DNA from: Clostridia bacterium
Lineage (GTDB): Bacteria > Bacillota > Clostridia > Oscillospirales > CAG-382
DNA: 64,000 nucleotides
Reading direction: 5' to 3'
Assembly (NCBI GenBank): GCA_017399965.1
Contig: JAFQAP010000018.1
Location: 11,546 to 75,545 of the forward strand
In this document: piece by piece, positions 18,263-26,886 of the stretch
How the letters are laid out: each line of letters opens with the position of its first letter
Position numbering within the stretch: position 1 is the first letter of the stretch
Notes under the pieces: model-generated
The model's input: the letters and a program-made list of their open reading frames with translations, nothing else
What the model was told of the DNA's origin: nothing
The model's database searches: none
Position numbers and translations under genes: made by a program

Positions 18263-18356
18263 ATTAAAATCTCCTTTTTTATGGTTTCCGCCGAGGGACC
18301 GCCGCGTTTGGACGGCCCCTGCGGGAACGGAGTATATACAGTGGTTTGGCGTCACT
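18263..18356 (-). promoter_or_regulatory. conserved leader/promoter block of copy B
   Basis: 18287-18356 is nearly identical to 17745-17814. Contains TATATA/TATACT, but no good -35. Confidence 0.5.
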
Positions 18357-18402
18357 ATATATCTGTGTCATACGCGTTTACGCACGCGCGGGCGTTTTGT
18401 GA

Positions 18403-19797
18403 TTACTGTTCGGTGGCTGTAGTTTCTATGCCCGCTTCATCAAGCTTTTTGCCGAGAATGGGGGGAAGCTGCATACCTGCCATTGCGAACACCTCGTCAA
18501 GAGGAGGTACGGATTTCATCATACCGGAGATAAAGTTTGCGGTTGCGGTCTTGCCGTCGCCGCCCTGGCCGCCGTCCCAAACGGTAACCTTATCGATCTT
18601 AATACCCTTAACAGCATCAACCTGAACACGCATAAGGTCTTCCAGCTTATCTGCAATAAGGAGCTTGAGTGCGGCTTCGGGGTCGCCGCCTGCGGATTTA
18701 ACGATCTCTGCAAAACCTGCAGCCTGCTTTTTAAGTATTTCTTCAACACCGCGTGCTTCTGCTTCCATCTTTGCGTAGATAGCGTCTGCTTCACCCTTTG
18801 CTTTTCTGCGGAGTCTTTCTGCTTCTGCTTCTGCTTCCAGTTCGATCTCTTTCTTCTTTGCTTCTGCACGTACGATTATGTCTGCTTCCAAAGTAGCCTG
18901 CTCTTTTGCACGGCGTGCTTCTTCTGCTGCCTGCTGTGCCGCATAGGATTCTTCCAGAGCCTTTGCTTCCTGAATCTTTTCTGCGGTAGTAGCGATCTTC
19001 ATTGCCTCTGCCTGCTTTTCTTTAAGAGCGGCTTCGGACATAGCGATCTTCATCTTTGCTTCGTTTTCACCCTGAATAGCAATAGAATCTGCTTCGGAAA
19101 CCTTGATACGCTGTTCCATCTTTGCGTTTGCTTCACCGATAGAACCTTCTCTATCCTGCTCTGCCACGCTCTTCTTTGCATCGTTGATAGCCTTTGCAGC
19201 GGCTTCTTTACCAAGCGCTGCGATATATCCGGATTCATCGCTGATATCGGTTACGTTAACGTTTATAAGGCGGAGACCGATCTTTTTAAGTTCGGTTTCT
19301 ACGTTGGAAGATACAGCGGCAAGGAATTTATCACGGTCGGTGTTGATCTCCTCGATATCCATTGTAGCGATAACAAGACGGAGCTGACCGAATATGATAT
19401 CCTTTGAAAGTTCCTGAATTTCGGAAAGCTGGAGTCCCAGCAGACGTTCTGCGGCGTTTTGCATTACACCGGTTTCGGTAGAAATACCAACGGTAAATCT
19501 GGAAGGAACGTCGATACGGATATTCTGTCTGGAAAGTGCGTTCTTAAGGTCTACCTGAATGGAAATGGGTGTAAGGTCCAGATAGGAATAAGACTGGATC
19601 ACGGGCCATACGAACTGAGCGCCGCCGTGAATACACTTGGAGCTGCGGGTGGTGCCGTCTTTGTTTTTACCGATACGACCGTAGATGACCATGATCTTAT
19701 CGGAAGGGCATCTCTTGTATCTGGAAAAGAGCCAGAGCACAAAGGACATTAAGATGAGCACTACTGCACAAATCAAAACGATGATAATGGGGTTCAT
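18403..19797 (-). CDS. flotillin-family SPFH protein (YqiK-like)
   Basis: N-terminal TM segment, SPFH domain, and a long Ala/Glu coiled coil 'EAEAEAERLRRKAKGEADAIYAKMEAEARG'. Confidence 0.9.
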   Translation of the reverse strand: MNPIIIVLICAVVLILMSFVLWLFSRYKRCPSDKIMVIYGRIGKNKDGTTRSSKCIHGGAQFVWPVIQSYSYLDLTPISIQVDLKNALSRQNIRIDVPSRFTVGISTETGVMQNAAERLLGLQLSEIQELSKDIIFGQLRLVIATMDIEEINTDRDKFLAAVSSNVETELKKIGLRLINVNVTDISDESGYIAALGKEAAAKAINDAKKSVAEQDREGSIGEANAKMEQRIKVSEADSIAIQGENEAKMKIAMSEAALKEKQAEAMKIATTAEKIQEAKALEESYAAQQAAEEARRAKEQATLEADIIVRAEAKKKEIELEAEAEAERLRRKAKGEADAIYAKMEAEARGVEEILKKQAAGFAEIVKSAGGDPEAALKLLIADKLEDLMRVQVDAVKGIKIDKVTVWDGGQGGDGKTATANFISGMMKSVPPLDEVFAMAGMQLPPILGKKLDEAGIETTATEQ

Positions 19798-19836
19798 AAT
19801 TTTCCTCCGAAAAATTTATTTTTTATTTTTTTAAAT

Positions 19837-20469
19837 TTACTTTTTTCTTACAACAAGAGTAGTTTCGCCGCTTACACGGACGACTACCACTTCACTGCCT
19901 GTGGGAATGGGGTCGGGTTCATCGGTAACCGCGTCCCGTTCTACGTAGGAGCCCTGAAGCAGTATGTGTACCTTACCCTCGCCCATTCTTGCGGGAGGGA
20001 TGGTAAGATGTACTTTGCCTGCGGTGCCGACGGCGTTTCGGATATCTATTGTTCCGTCGCTTTTCAGGTTCATTATCGCTTTGAAAATAAAAGCGAGCAA
20101 AACCATCATTGCAAAGCCGCAAACAGAGGATATGGGAATGTTTATCCACAATGCCACGTTCATAGACTCCAGCAAAGCGCCGACCCATCCGAATATTACC
20201 AGAAAGGCGATAACGCCTCTTACGGTGAATATGCGTAGTCCGTCAAACCCGTTGGGGTCCAAGTCCTCGTCAAATCCGCCGTCTTCGCTTCCGTCAACGT
20301 CCACATCATCGGATACGTCTGTGTCCGCTCCGTCTGCATCCGCATCCTCGCCCATACCGATAAACATCAAAATCGTCTGAACAAGAAGGACCAGAGTAGA
20401 AGGAACTGCAATACAATAGAATATTTGCGCCACCAAGCTAAGAGAATTCCACCATTCAATAATAGCCAT
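19837..20469 (-). CDS. NfeD-family membrane protein (YqiJ-like)
   Basis: TM segments, an Asp-rich loop 'DADADGADTDVSDDVDVDGSEDGG', and a C-terminal OB-like 'GKVHILLQGSYVERDAV...VVVVRVSGETTLVVRK'. Confidence 0.8.
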   Translation of the reverse strand: MAIIEWWNSLSLVAQIFYCIAVPSTLVLLVQTILMFIGMGEDADADGADTDVSDDVDVDGSEDGGFDEDLDPNGFDGLRIFTVRGVIAFLVIFGWVGALLESMNVALWINIPISSVCGFAMMVLLAFIFKAIMNLKSDGTIDIRNAVGTAGKVHLTIPPARMGEGKVHILLQGSYVERDAVTDEPDPIPTGSEVVVVRVSGETTLVVRKK

Positions 20470-20506
20470 AACGCTTTTCCTTTCCTTAATTTATTTTAGT
20501 AATAAT

Positions 20507-21061
20507 TTATTTCAAAGTAGAGAGCAGCTCAATGGATTTGTCCCGCATGCGGGAAGCACCGTGAGCATAAAACATTACTACCAAAAGCTTACACAGCTTT
20601 TTCTTTTCGCCGGGCGTGCGCTCCGTAAATCCTTCGGAAGCGGCTTCCGCTGCTTTAAAGACTGTGCCTTCATCGATAATGTCCAGCCGTGTATCCGATA
20701 ACATATCCACGTATCTGTGATACAGCTCGTTATCGCTGATAAGATCGTCATCCGGATTATCCAATTCACCGCCGATGATCTGTATAAGCCCGCAGATACG
20801 CTCGATCTGCAAAGAATCTCGGAGCATATTTATAATAAGTATACGGGCAAACTGCTGGCGTGAATATAATCTTTTTACAGGTGAGGTGAGAAAACCTCTT
20901 TTCACCCAATTTTGTATAACGTAGGGCTCCAAGCCTGTCATAACGGAGACCTGGGAAAGAGTTATTCCCCCTGCCGCAAAAACACCGTCAAACAAAGCTT
21001 TGGAGCTCCCTTTGGTAAGGGCGCTTACCTCTATGGTAGTTCCCGGGAATGTTCCTGCCAT
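20507..21061 (-). CDS. DUF1836-like protein with a MerR-like HTH
   Basis: 'TLSQVSVMTGLEPYVIQNWVKRGFLTSPVKRLYSRQQFARILIINMLRD'. GGAGG RBS. Confidence 0.6.
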   Translation of the reverse strand: MAGTFPGTTIEVSALTKGSSKALFDGVFAAGGITLSQVSVMTGLEPYVIQNWVKRGFLTSPVKRLYSRQQFARILIINMLRDSLQIERICGLIQIIGGELDNPDDDLISDNELYHRYVDMLSDTRLDIIDEGTVFKAAEAASEGFTERTPGEKKKLCKLLVVMFYAHGASRMRDKSIELLSTLK

Positions 21062-21099
21062 ATTTTTACCTCCTGTGCGGTTTCTCTTGGTACGATGTG

Positions 21100-21128
21100 A
21101 TTATATCATATGGTCACGTGATTGTCAA
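21100..21128 (-). promoter_or_regulatory. consensus sigma-A promoter of the DUF1836-NfeD-flotillin operon
   Basis: Minus strand: TTGACA (21128-21123), 17 nt, TATAAT (21105-21100). The spacer contains the palindrome TCACGTGA. Confidence 0.75.
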
Positions 21129-21199
21129 TAAAAATCATACGACTATTTTACGTTTCTGCATATTGCACATATTTGTGTGTGCGTTTTTGTGTGTAACAT

Positions 21200-21232
21200 A
21201 CAAAAAAGGAGCCTGTTTGCACAGACTCCTTT
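21200..21232 (-). terminator. rho-independent terminator of the LOG-family gene
   Basis: Minus strand: AGGAGTCTG...CAGGCTCCT hairpin followed by TTTTTTGT. Confidence 0.7.
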
Positions 21233-21249
21233 AATTGAAGTATTATTAA

Positions 21250-21831
21250 TCAGCCTTCTTTTAGTTCATTTACGGTAAAATCGTTGCTTACGGGTGCTTC
21301 GATATACTCAAGCAGCTTTTGCATATCGTCGGTCACGGTATAAAGTGTTCTGCAGTTTGCGTGAACAAAGTTTTTTTCTATAGCCGTTTCCATTAAGGTG
21401 TTAAGCTCCGAGTAATAATTCTTCACGTTGTAGATGGCTATAGGCTTATTGTGTCGGCAAAGCTGTTTTAACGTGAGTATTTCAAAAAATTCCTCAAAGG
21501 TGCCGATCCCGCCGGGAACTACTATAAACGCATCGGAATTATCTTCCATTATCTGCTTGCGCTGACGCATTGTTTCGGGCTCGATAAGCTTATCGCAATG
21601 GGGATATATAACCTCAACGTTCTCTTCCCCAAAAAATTCGGGAATAACGCCTAAAATATATCCACCTGCGCTCTTAACGCCTCTTGCCGCCGCGCCCATA
21701 AGACCGTTACCGCCGCCTCCGAAAACGAGGGAATGTCCTCGCAAAGCCATTTCTTTGCCCAACGCCTCAACCTTTTTCATATATTCGGGGTCTATTGTAG
21801 GCGATGCCGCGCCGAAAACACATATTCTCAT
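21250..21831 (-). CDS. LOG family / TIGR00730 Rossmann-fold nucleotide-binding protein
   Basis: 'GGGGNGLMGA' and 'PGGIGTFEEFFE' motifs. Confidence 0.88.
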   Translation of the reverse strand: MRICVFGAASPTIDPEYMKKVEALGKEMALRGHSLVFGGGGNGLMGAAARGVKSAGGYILGVIPEFFGEENVEVIYPHCDKLIEPETMRQRKQIMEDNSDAFIVVPGGIGTFEEFFEILTLKQLCRHNKPIAIYNVKNYYSELNTLMETAIEKNFVHANCRTLYTVTDDMQKLLEYIEAPVSNDFTVNELKEG

Positions 21832-21939
21832 ATTTTATTCTCCTTTCATACCGCTGTATTTTTCCTTAACATATTATACCATAAATATTAAGGTTATGAT
21901 ACGTTATTATTAAAATACGGTAAAATTTTCGCAATGTTA

Positions 21940-22395
21940 TCAATTTAATAATTTCAAATATTCGCCGGTTTCAAGATAGCGAGTGAGCAGTTCTTCAAAA
22001 TGCTGCATAGTACATACGCCTATTTCTGCGTAATCGTATACGTCGGAAAGATAATACATATCCTCCCATATGGGGTTCTCAAAGCCGCGGTTATACACGG
22101 AAACGGTATACATTATCTCCGCGCATCGGGCGTTAGTCAATCTTCCCGCAAAATATTCATCACGGAGAAACAGCCGCATACGGCGGCAGGCTTCATACTC
22201 ATCCCGATCGCCGCGACTTATGTATTCGAGATAAGATATTAAAGCATTTATATCGTTTCCTTTTCCTATAAGCCCCAGAGTCTCTTCGCTTATGGGATCT
22301 TCGGTTTCAAGAAGGTCATTTAACCAAGTGTCGAATTGCTCTGTATAGCCGCATTTGAGAAGCAGCATCTGATAATACGCATTGGCACGTGTCAT
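21940..22395 (-). CDS. hypothetical protein (151 aa)
   Basis: Clean ORF with a GGAGG RBS. No recognised motif. Confidence 0.55.
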   Translation of the reverse strand: MTRANAYYQMLLLKCGYTEQFDTWLNDLLETEDPISEETLGLIGKGNDINALISYLEYISRGDRDEYEACRRMRLFLRDEYFAGRLTNARCAEIMYTVSVYNRGFENPIWEDMYYLSDVYDYAEIGVCTMQHFEELLTRYLETGEYLKLLN

Positions 22396-22430
22396 AAAAA
22401 AGCCTCCTTTTTGAAATAATAAAAATTTTA

Positions 22431-23471
22431 CTATATATCCAGCAAATACGCCAGCAACAGATTTAAAGTATTGTTAATTCCGTCCATGTGGGTGCGCTCC
22501 ATTCCGTGGCTGCAATACACCGCCATACCGAAAGCGGCGGCGCGTAAATTATTGCCCGCACGCATTGCGGCGTTGGCATCCGTGCCGTAGTTCATAAATA
22601 CGTCCACGGCGTAATCACATTCCGCTTTTTGAGCAAGTGAGATAAGACGGGATGTCAGCTCGTAATCGTACGGTGCGGTGGCATCCTTTGCGCAAATGCT
22701 TACGGAATATTCGTTACCCTCCAGCCCGGGACCGATAAGACCGATATCAAGAGCTGCGTATTCGGAAACGTTTTCGGGAACGTAAGTGCCGCCCAATCCG
22801 ATCTCCTCACCGTAAGGGAAGGCAAAAACGGTATTGTATTTGGGCTTTAAGCCCTTTTCTTTAAGATATTTGAGCGCCGTGAAGCAGCAGGCAACCGCCG
22901 CTTTGTCATCCAAAAATCTGCCCTTTATGTAGCCGTTTTCCGTGTATTGAAAGCGGGGATCAACGGAAACGAAATCTCCGTTTCTTATGCCCAGAGCATA
23001 TACGTCCGCTTTGGAGGACACACGCTCGTCAAGAAGTAAAACCATCGTGTCTTCGTTTCGTTCAAGGGTTCGCGCATCCTTAAAAACGTGCACGGAATGG
23101 GATTGACACGCCAAAAGCCCCGTGTATTCCCTGCCGTCGCGGGTATGAACGGTAACCGTTTCCCCCTCCAGATTGGCATAGTTTACGCCGCCCAGATTAC
23201 GCATACGGATCTTTCCGTCCCCGTCAACGGTGCGCACCACAAGACCGATCGTATCCGCATGGGCGCCCACAAGCACGGTCTTTGAGGTATCCTCGCCCTC
23301 TATGGAAATATATGCGGTGCTTTTATTATCATAAATAACGGTCTCTCCGAGAGAACGGGCGTATTCCTCCAGCAGAGGATTTAACTTTACATAATATCCC
23401 GTAGGGCTGGGAACCGCCAAAAGATCTTCAAGGCAGGAAAGAAAATATTGTGTATCGGTTTTAAATTTCAT
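22431..23471 (-). CDS. M42 family metallopeptidase (aminopeptidase/CelM-like)
   Basis: 'LVGAHADTIGLVV', 'RFLDDKAAVA', 'YGEEIGLGG'. ATG at 23471 follows GAGGTG. Confidence 0.8.
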   Translation of the reverse strand: MKFKTDTQYFLSCLEDLLAVPSPTGYYVKLNPLLEEYARSLGETVIYDNKSTAYISIEGEDTSKTVLVGAHADTIGLVVRTVDGDGKIRMRNLGGVNYANLEGETVTVHTRDGREYTGLLACQSHSVHVFKDARTLERNEDTMVLLLDERVSSKADVYALGIRNGDFVSVDPRFQYTENGYIKGRFLDDKAAVACCFTALKYLKEKGLKPKYNTVFAFPYGEEIGLGGTYVPENVSEYAALDIGLIGPGLEGNEYSVSICAKDATAPYDYELTSRLISLAQKAECDYAVDVFMNYGTDANAAMRAGNNLRAAAFGMAVYCSHGMERTHMDGINNTLNLLLAYLLDI

Positions 23472-23584
23472 AAGTATACACCTCAAGTATTTGGGCTTTT
23501 ATATATTTTAACACAGATTTTTCGTTTTTTCCATAGCAAAATCAAAAAAACGGTTCGGAATATACAGCCGAACCGTAACTTTTT

Positions 23585-24247
23585 TTAATTAAACGAAGGC
23601 TTTTCCGTTTCTCCCGTTGCAAAGGTATTGGGACCGGGGTCGGAAAGAGAAAAATACATTTTTGCCGCTTTTGTGGTGCCGAAATCTCTGTTGGAGCCGG
23701 TATTCTGCACCTTGTTGAATGCATCTCTGAACATTTGGTTATGAGCCTCTTCTCTGTTAAGCAGAAAATCTATTGTGGCGCGCACCTTTTTATCGTCTAT
23801 CTGGCGGTAAAGGTATTCGTATACCACCTTTGCTCTTTGTTCGGATGCGATGTTGGAAAGAAGATCGGCGCACAGATCGCCGGTTACGGTGACGTAATCT
23901 CCTGTCCAGGAGTATCCAGAAGAATTAATAAGTCCGGGATTAAGCCCCAAAAGCACGTGGGTCTGTATCTCCCCTGCTTTTACGGTGTTGATGTCCACGT
24001 CGTGTCCGTTAAGCAGATTAATGGTCTGCGCCACCATCTCCATATGGGAAAGCTCCTCGGCGGCGATATCCAAAAACAGATCCTTTATTTCGGGATCCTT
24101 TATGCGAAAGCTCTGGGACATATACTGCATTGCCGCTTTAAGCTCGCCGTTTCCGCCGCCCAACTGCTCCTGAAGCAACACTGCATACTGCGGATTGGGT
24201 CTTTCCACCTCTACGGGATGAAAAAGCATTTTTTCGTGTTTAAACAT
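23585..24247 (-). CDS. manganese catalase family protein (CotJC-like)
   Basis: 'LQEQLGGGNGELKAAMQYMSQSF' and 'AAEELSHMEMV' di-metal motifs. Confidence 0.85.
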   Translation of the reverse strand: MFKHEKMLFHPVEVERPNPQYAVLLQEQLGGGNGELKAAMQYMSQSFRIKDPEIKDLFLDIAAEELSHMEMVAQTINLLNGHDVDINTVKAGEIQTHVLLGLNPGLINSSGYSWTGDYVTVTGDLCADLLSNIASEQRAKVVYEYLYRQIDDKKVRATIDFLLNREEAHNQMFRDAFNKVQNTGSNRDFGTTKAAKMYFSLSDPGPNTFATGETEKPSFN

Positions 24248-24312
24248 AGATATTCCTCCGTATAAAAAGATATACCTATCTTTTCCAAAAAATGCAAACA
24301 GTATACAAGGAC

Positions 24313-24351
24313 AATCACCCCAAGAAGTCTGCGACTTCTTGGGGACCCCGA
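24313..24351 (+). repeat. REP-like palindromic element with a perfect 12-bp stem
   Basis: AATCACCCCAAGAAGTC-TGC-GACTTCTTGGGGACCCCGA. Confidence 0.85.
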
Positions 24352-24380
24352 CAATAAAAGACCGCTTTGCGCGGTCTTAA
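24350..24380 (-). terminator. rho-independent terminator of the DUF3737 gene
   Basis: AAGACCGC (24358-24365) / GCGGTCTT (24371-24378). The minus-strand tail is TTTTATTG. Confidence 0.75.
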
Positions 24381-24384
24381 AAAT

Positions 24385-25227
24385 CTACTTAATTATTACC
24401 TTTCCCTTTGCTTCGGGGTCGTCGAAGATAAGCTCGCCGCATTCGGGGACGTAAATGGTGCCCGAAAGAGGGTTTTTAATGCTTATAACGGGTGTGGTTA
24501 CGGTAGCCTCTACCTCGGATTTTTCAAAGGAAAGGTCGCACTCTGTCATTTCGCAGTTTATAAGCTTTAATCCCTTGCAATAGCAAAGAGGCTGTGTGCC
24601 GATGATCTCGCAGTTTTCAAAGGTGACGTTTTCGCAATACCAGGCGAGATATTCCCCTTTTATAACGCTATCCCTTACCACCACGTTTTTGGCGTGCCAG
24701 AAGGCGTCCTTGGTGTTGAAAACGCAGTTTTCAAAAACCGAATCCTCTATGTATTGGAAGGAATACTTGCCGTTAAGGGTAACGCCGTTAAAATTAAGCT
24801 TGTTTGAGCGAAGCATAAAATATTCGCCCTCTACCTTGCAATCGGTCATATCGATACCGTTTACAAACCAGCCGAATTCCGCGGAAACAATATCACAGCC
24901 GTATACGGAAATATCCGAACACTCGCGCAAAGCTTTTATTCCGTGAAGCTTTGAATTGCCTATCTCCGCGCCGTTGGTGTACCAAAGTGCCGCACGGCAA
25001 AGGGGGGTAAGCTCGCTGTGGGAAATCTTTAATCCGTCTACATGCCAGAAGGGATAACGGAGATTGAAAAAGCAGTTATCCACGTTGATGATTTTACATT
25101 CCTTAAAAGCGCTTTCCCCGTCTGCGGGACCGTCAAAGGCACATTCGGACACGGTAAGAGAGGTGCTTCCGTAAAAAGCGCGCTCTTCATCAAAGGTTTG
25201 GTTTTTAATAATATTGCTCATATACAT
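24385..25227 (-). CDS. DUF3737-like beta-helix protein
   Basis: 'FDEERAFYGSTSLTVSECAFDGPADGESAFKECK' plus repeated 'xNCxF' turns. Confidence 0.55.
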   Translation of the reverse strand: MYMSNIIKNQTFDEERAFYGSTSLTVSECAFDGPADGESAFKECKIINVDNCFFNLRYPFWHVDGLKISHSELTPLCRAALWYTNGAEIGNSKLHGIKALRECSDISVYGCDIVSAEFGWFVNGIDMTDCKVEGEYFMLRSNKLNFNGVTLNGKYSFQYIEDSVFENCVFNTKDAFWHAKNVVVRDSVIKGEYLAWYCENVTFENCEIIGTQPLCYCKGLKLINCEMTECDLSFEKSEVEATVTTPVISIKNPLSGTIYVPECGELIFDDPEAKGKVIIK

Positions 25228-25295
25228 TTTCTCTTTCCATGATATTGTAAATATTATACTACTTTTTTAAGGAAATTGCAATAATCTGAGCGCTA

Positions 25296-25325
25296 TTGAC
25301 AAAATTATATACAGCATGATATACT
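25296..25325 (+). promoter_or_regulatory. sigma-A type promoter
   Basis: TTGACA (25296-25301), 18 nt, TATACT (25320-25325). Confidence 0.6.
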
Positions 25326-25351
25326 CAAATTAAAGGAGGTGCAAAACCATA

Positions 25352-26068
25352 GTGATAAAAGGACTATCCACGGTTAATATTCACTATCTTACCGATGACG
25401 TCAGGAAACTTGAACAAACCTTGAACGAAACCGAAAAGCAAAGTGAATATCAAACAATCTGTCTTGCGTTGGCAACAAGAAACACAAACGAATGTATTAC
25501 TGTGTTAAAGAAACAATTTGAAAGCAGCGATAAGCGAAAACGGTTTGATGCTTTGTACTATGCGTTTTACCGTCCCGAATACCGCATAGAGCATACGGAG
25601 CTGCTGCAAAAGATGTTGAGAGAAGCTCTTTACGAAAACAACATGAAAGACGTAAAGTGTTTACTCTGTTATATCGGCGAATATGAACTTGCAGTAGATG
25701 TCGACCTGCTGTTTGATGCTCTTATGTATGTAGCAAACTATGCCGGATCGTTTGAATATGGCGCTTGCCTTCACATTCCTTATACCGAGGATAATTTTAT
25801 ACGTATACTCGCTTTATTCAAGAAGATAAAGCAGCGGGAAAAGCAGTGGCTGGCAGAAAATATAGTGAAGCGCTGTGAGGAAAAGTATTTTGAAGAACTC
25901 GTGGAGTTATTAATGGCAGAGCCGGATCCACGTGTGAACTTTTATGCGGTCGAGCTTTGCGCGAAATTCAAGCGGCGCGATTATAATGAAAGATTGCTTG
26001 CAATGGACAATGCTTCCGACGCAGTTTACGGTCATACTAAAAGTGCCGTAAAACATTTTTTATCTTAA
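25352..26068 (+). CDS. hypothetical helical-repeat protein (GTG start)
   Basis: AAGGAGGTG lies 10 nt upstream of the GTG. 238 aa, all-helical. Confidence 0.55.
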   Translation: MIKGLSTVNIHYLTDDVRKLEQTLNETEKQSEYQTICLALATRNTNECITVLKKQFESSDKRKRFDALYYAFYRPEYRIEHTELLQKMLREALYENNMKDVKCLLCYIGEYELAVDVDLLFDALMYVANYAGSFEYGACLHIPYTEDNFIRILALFKKIKQREKQWLAENIVKRCEEKYFEELVELLMAEPDPRVNFYAVELCAKFKRRDYNERLLAMDNASDAVYGHTKSAVKHFLS

Positions 26069-26075
26069 TATATAC

Positions 26076-26113
26076 AAAACGCACCCCGAAAGCAAACGGA
26101 GTGCGTTTTTGTA
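26076..26113. terminator. rho-independent terminator between convergent genes
   Basis: AAAACGCAC ... GTGCGTTTTTGT. Confidence 0.7.
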
Positions 26114-26743
26114 TTATTTTTTATCTATCGCCGAAGCTATTGCGTAATAAATGGGAATGGTTACGAACAATATCCACCAAGGATGCCATCCGTCCCACTG
26201 CATACCGATGAGACAATACACAAAGGTAATAAAGACGGGATATGCAAAACGAGAAAGTTTTTTGGTTCTTATACACTCTATAACGCTGTAATATACGGGA
26301 ATGGTGATGAACACCGTCCAGGAGATATACCATCCATCCAAAAGAAATCCCCAAAGGAGAAATACAACAGTTGCAAAAACAGGATACGGAAGGGCGTGTA
26401 AAGCACGCAAAGTTTTTCTCTTTTTATCTGCAGGCGTGCCGTCGTCGCTGTAATATGCTTCTGCCTCTGCATCTTGCTTATCGTCTTCGTCCTCGTACTC
26501 TTCTTGTGCATCTGCTTTTTCTGTTTTTTCAGGCGCCGGTCTGCCGATAAGCTCATCCAAGGAAATATTATAAAGATTTGCTATTGTTATTAAATTATCC
26601 GTATCGGGCAGGGAAGCGCCGCACTCCCATTTGGAAACCGCTTGTCTGGACACACCCAGCTTTTCCGCAAAGGCTTCTTGGGATAATCCCGCTTGTTTTC
26701 TTAATTCGTATAGCTTGTTTCCCAATATTTCGCCGTTTGTCAT
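26114..26743 (-). CDS. XRE-family HTH protein with a 4-TM C-terminal domain
   Basis: 'NKLYELRKQAGLSQEAFAEKLGVSRQAVSKWECGASLPD', an acidic linker, then repeated 'W...IPIYY' TM pairs. Confidence 0.8.
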   Translation of the reverse strand: MTNGEILGNKLYELRKQAGLSQEAFAEKLGVSRQAVSKWECGASLPDTDNLITIANLYNISLDELIGRPAPEKTEKADAQEEYEDEDDKQDAEAEAYYSDDGTPADKKRKTLRALHALPYPVFATVVFLLWGFLLDGWYISWTVFITIPVYYSVIECIRTKKLSRFAYPVFITFVYCLIGMQWDGWHPWWILFVTIPIYYAIASAIDKK

Positions 26744-26886
26744 AAATATTCCTCCTTGAGATGAATATCGGTCGTTTATTACGGGTATATTTTACAACAA
26801 ACCTTCGTTTTTTGCAACCGTTTTTACATAGCAATACCGCAACTTTAGGTTGCGGTACTGAAAATAAAGTGTTTTTCAGGCGAAAA

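Noticed and set aside
23585-24247. A cotJA-cotJB-cotJC spore-coat operon.
   Set aside because: Only the CotJC-like Mn catalase is present. No small cotJA- or cotJB-like ORFs precede it, so I call it only a manganese catalase family protein.
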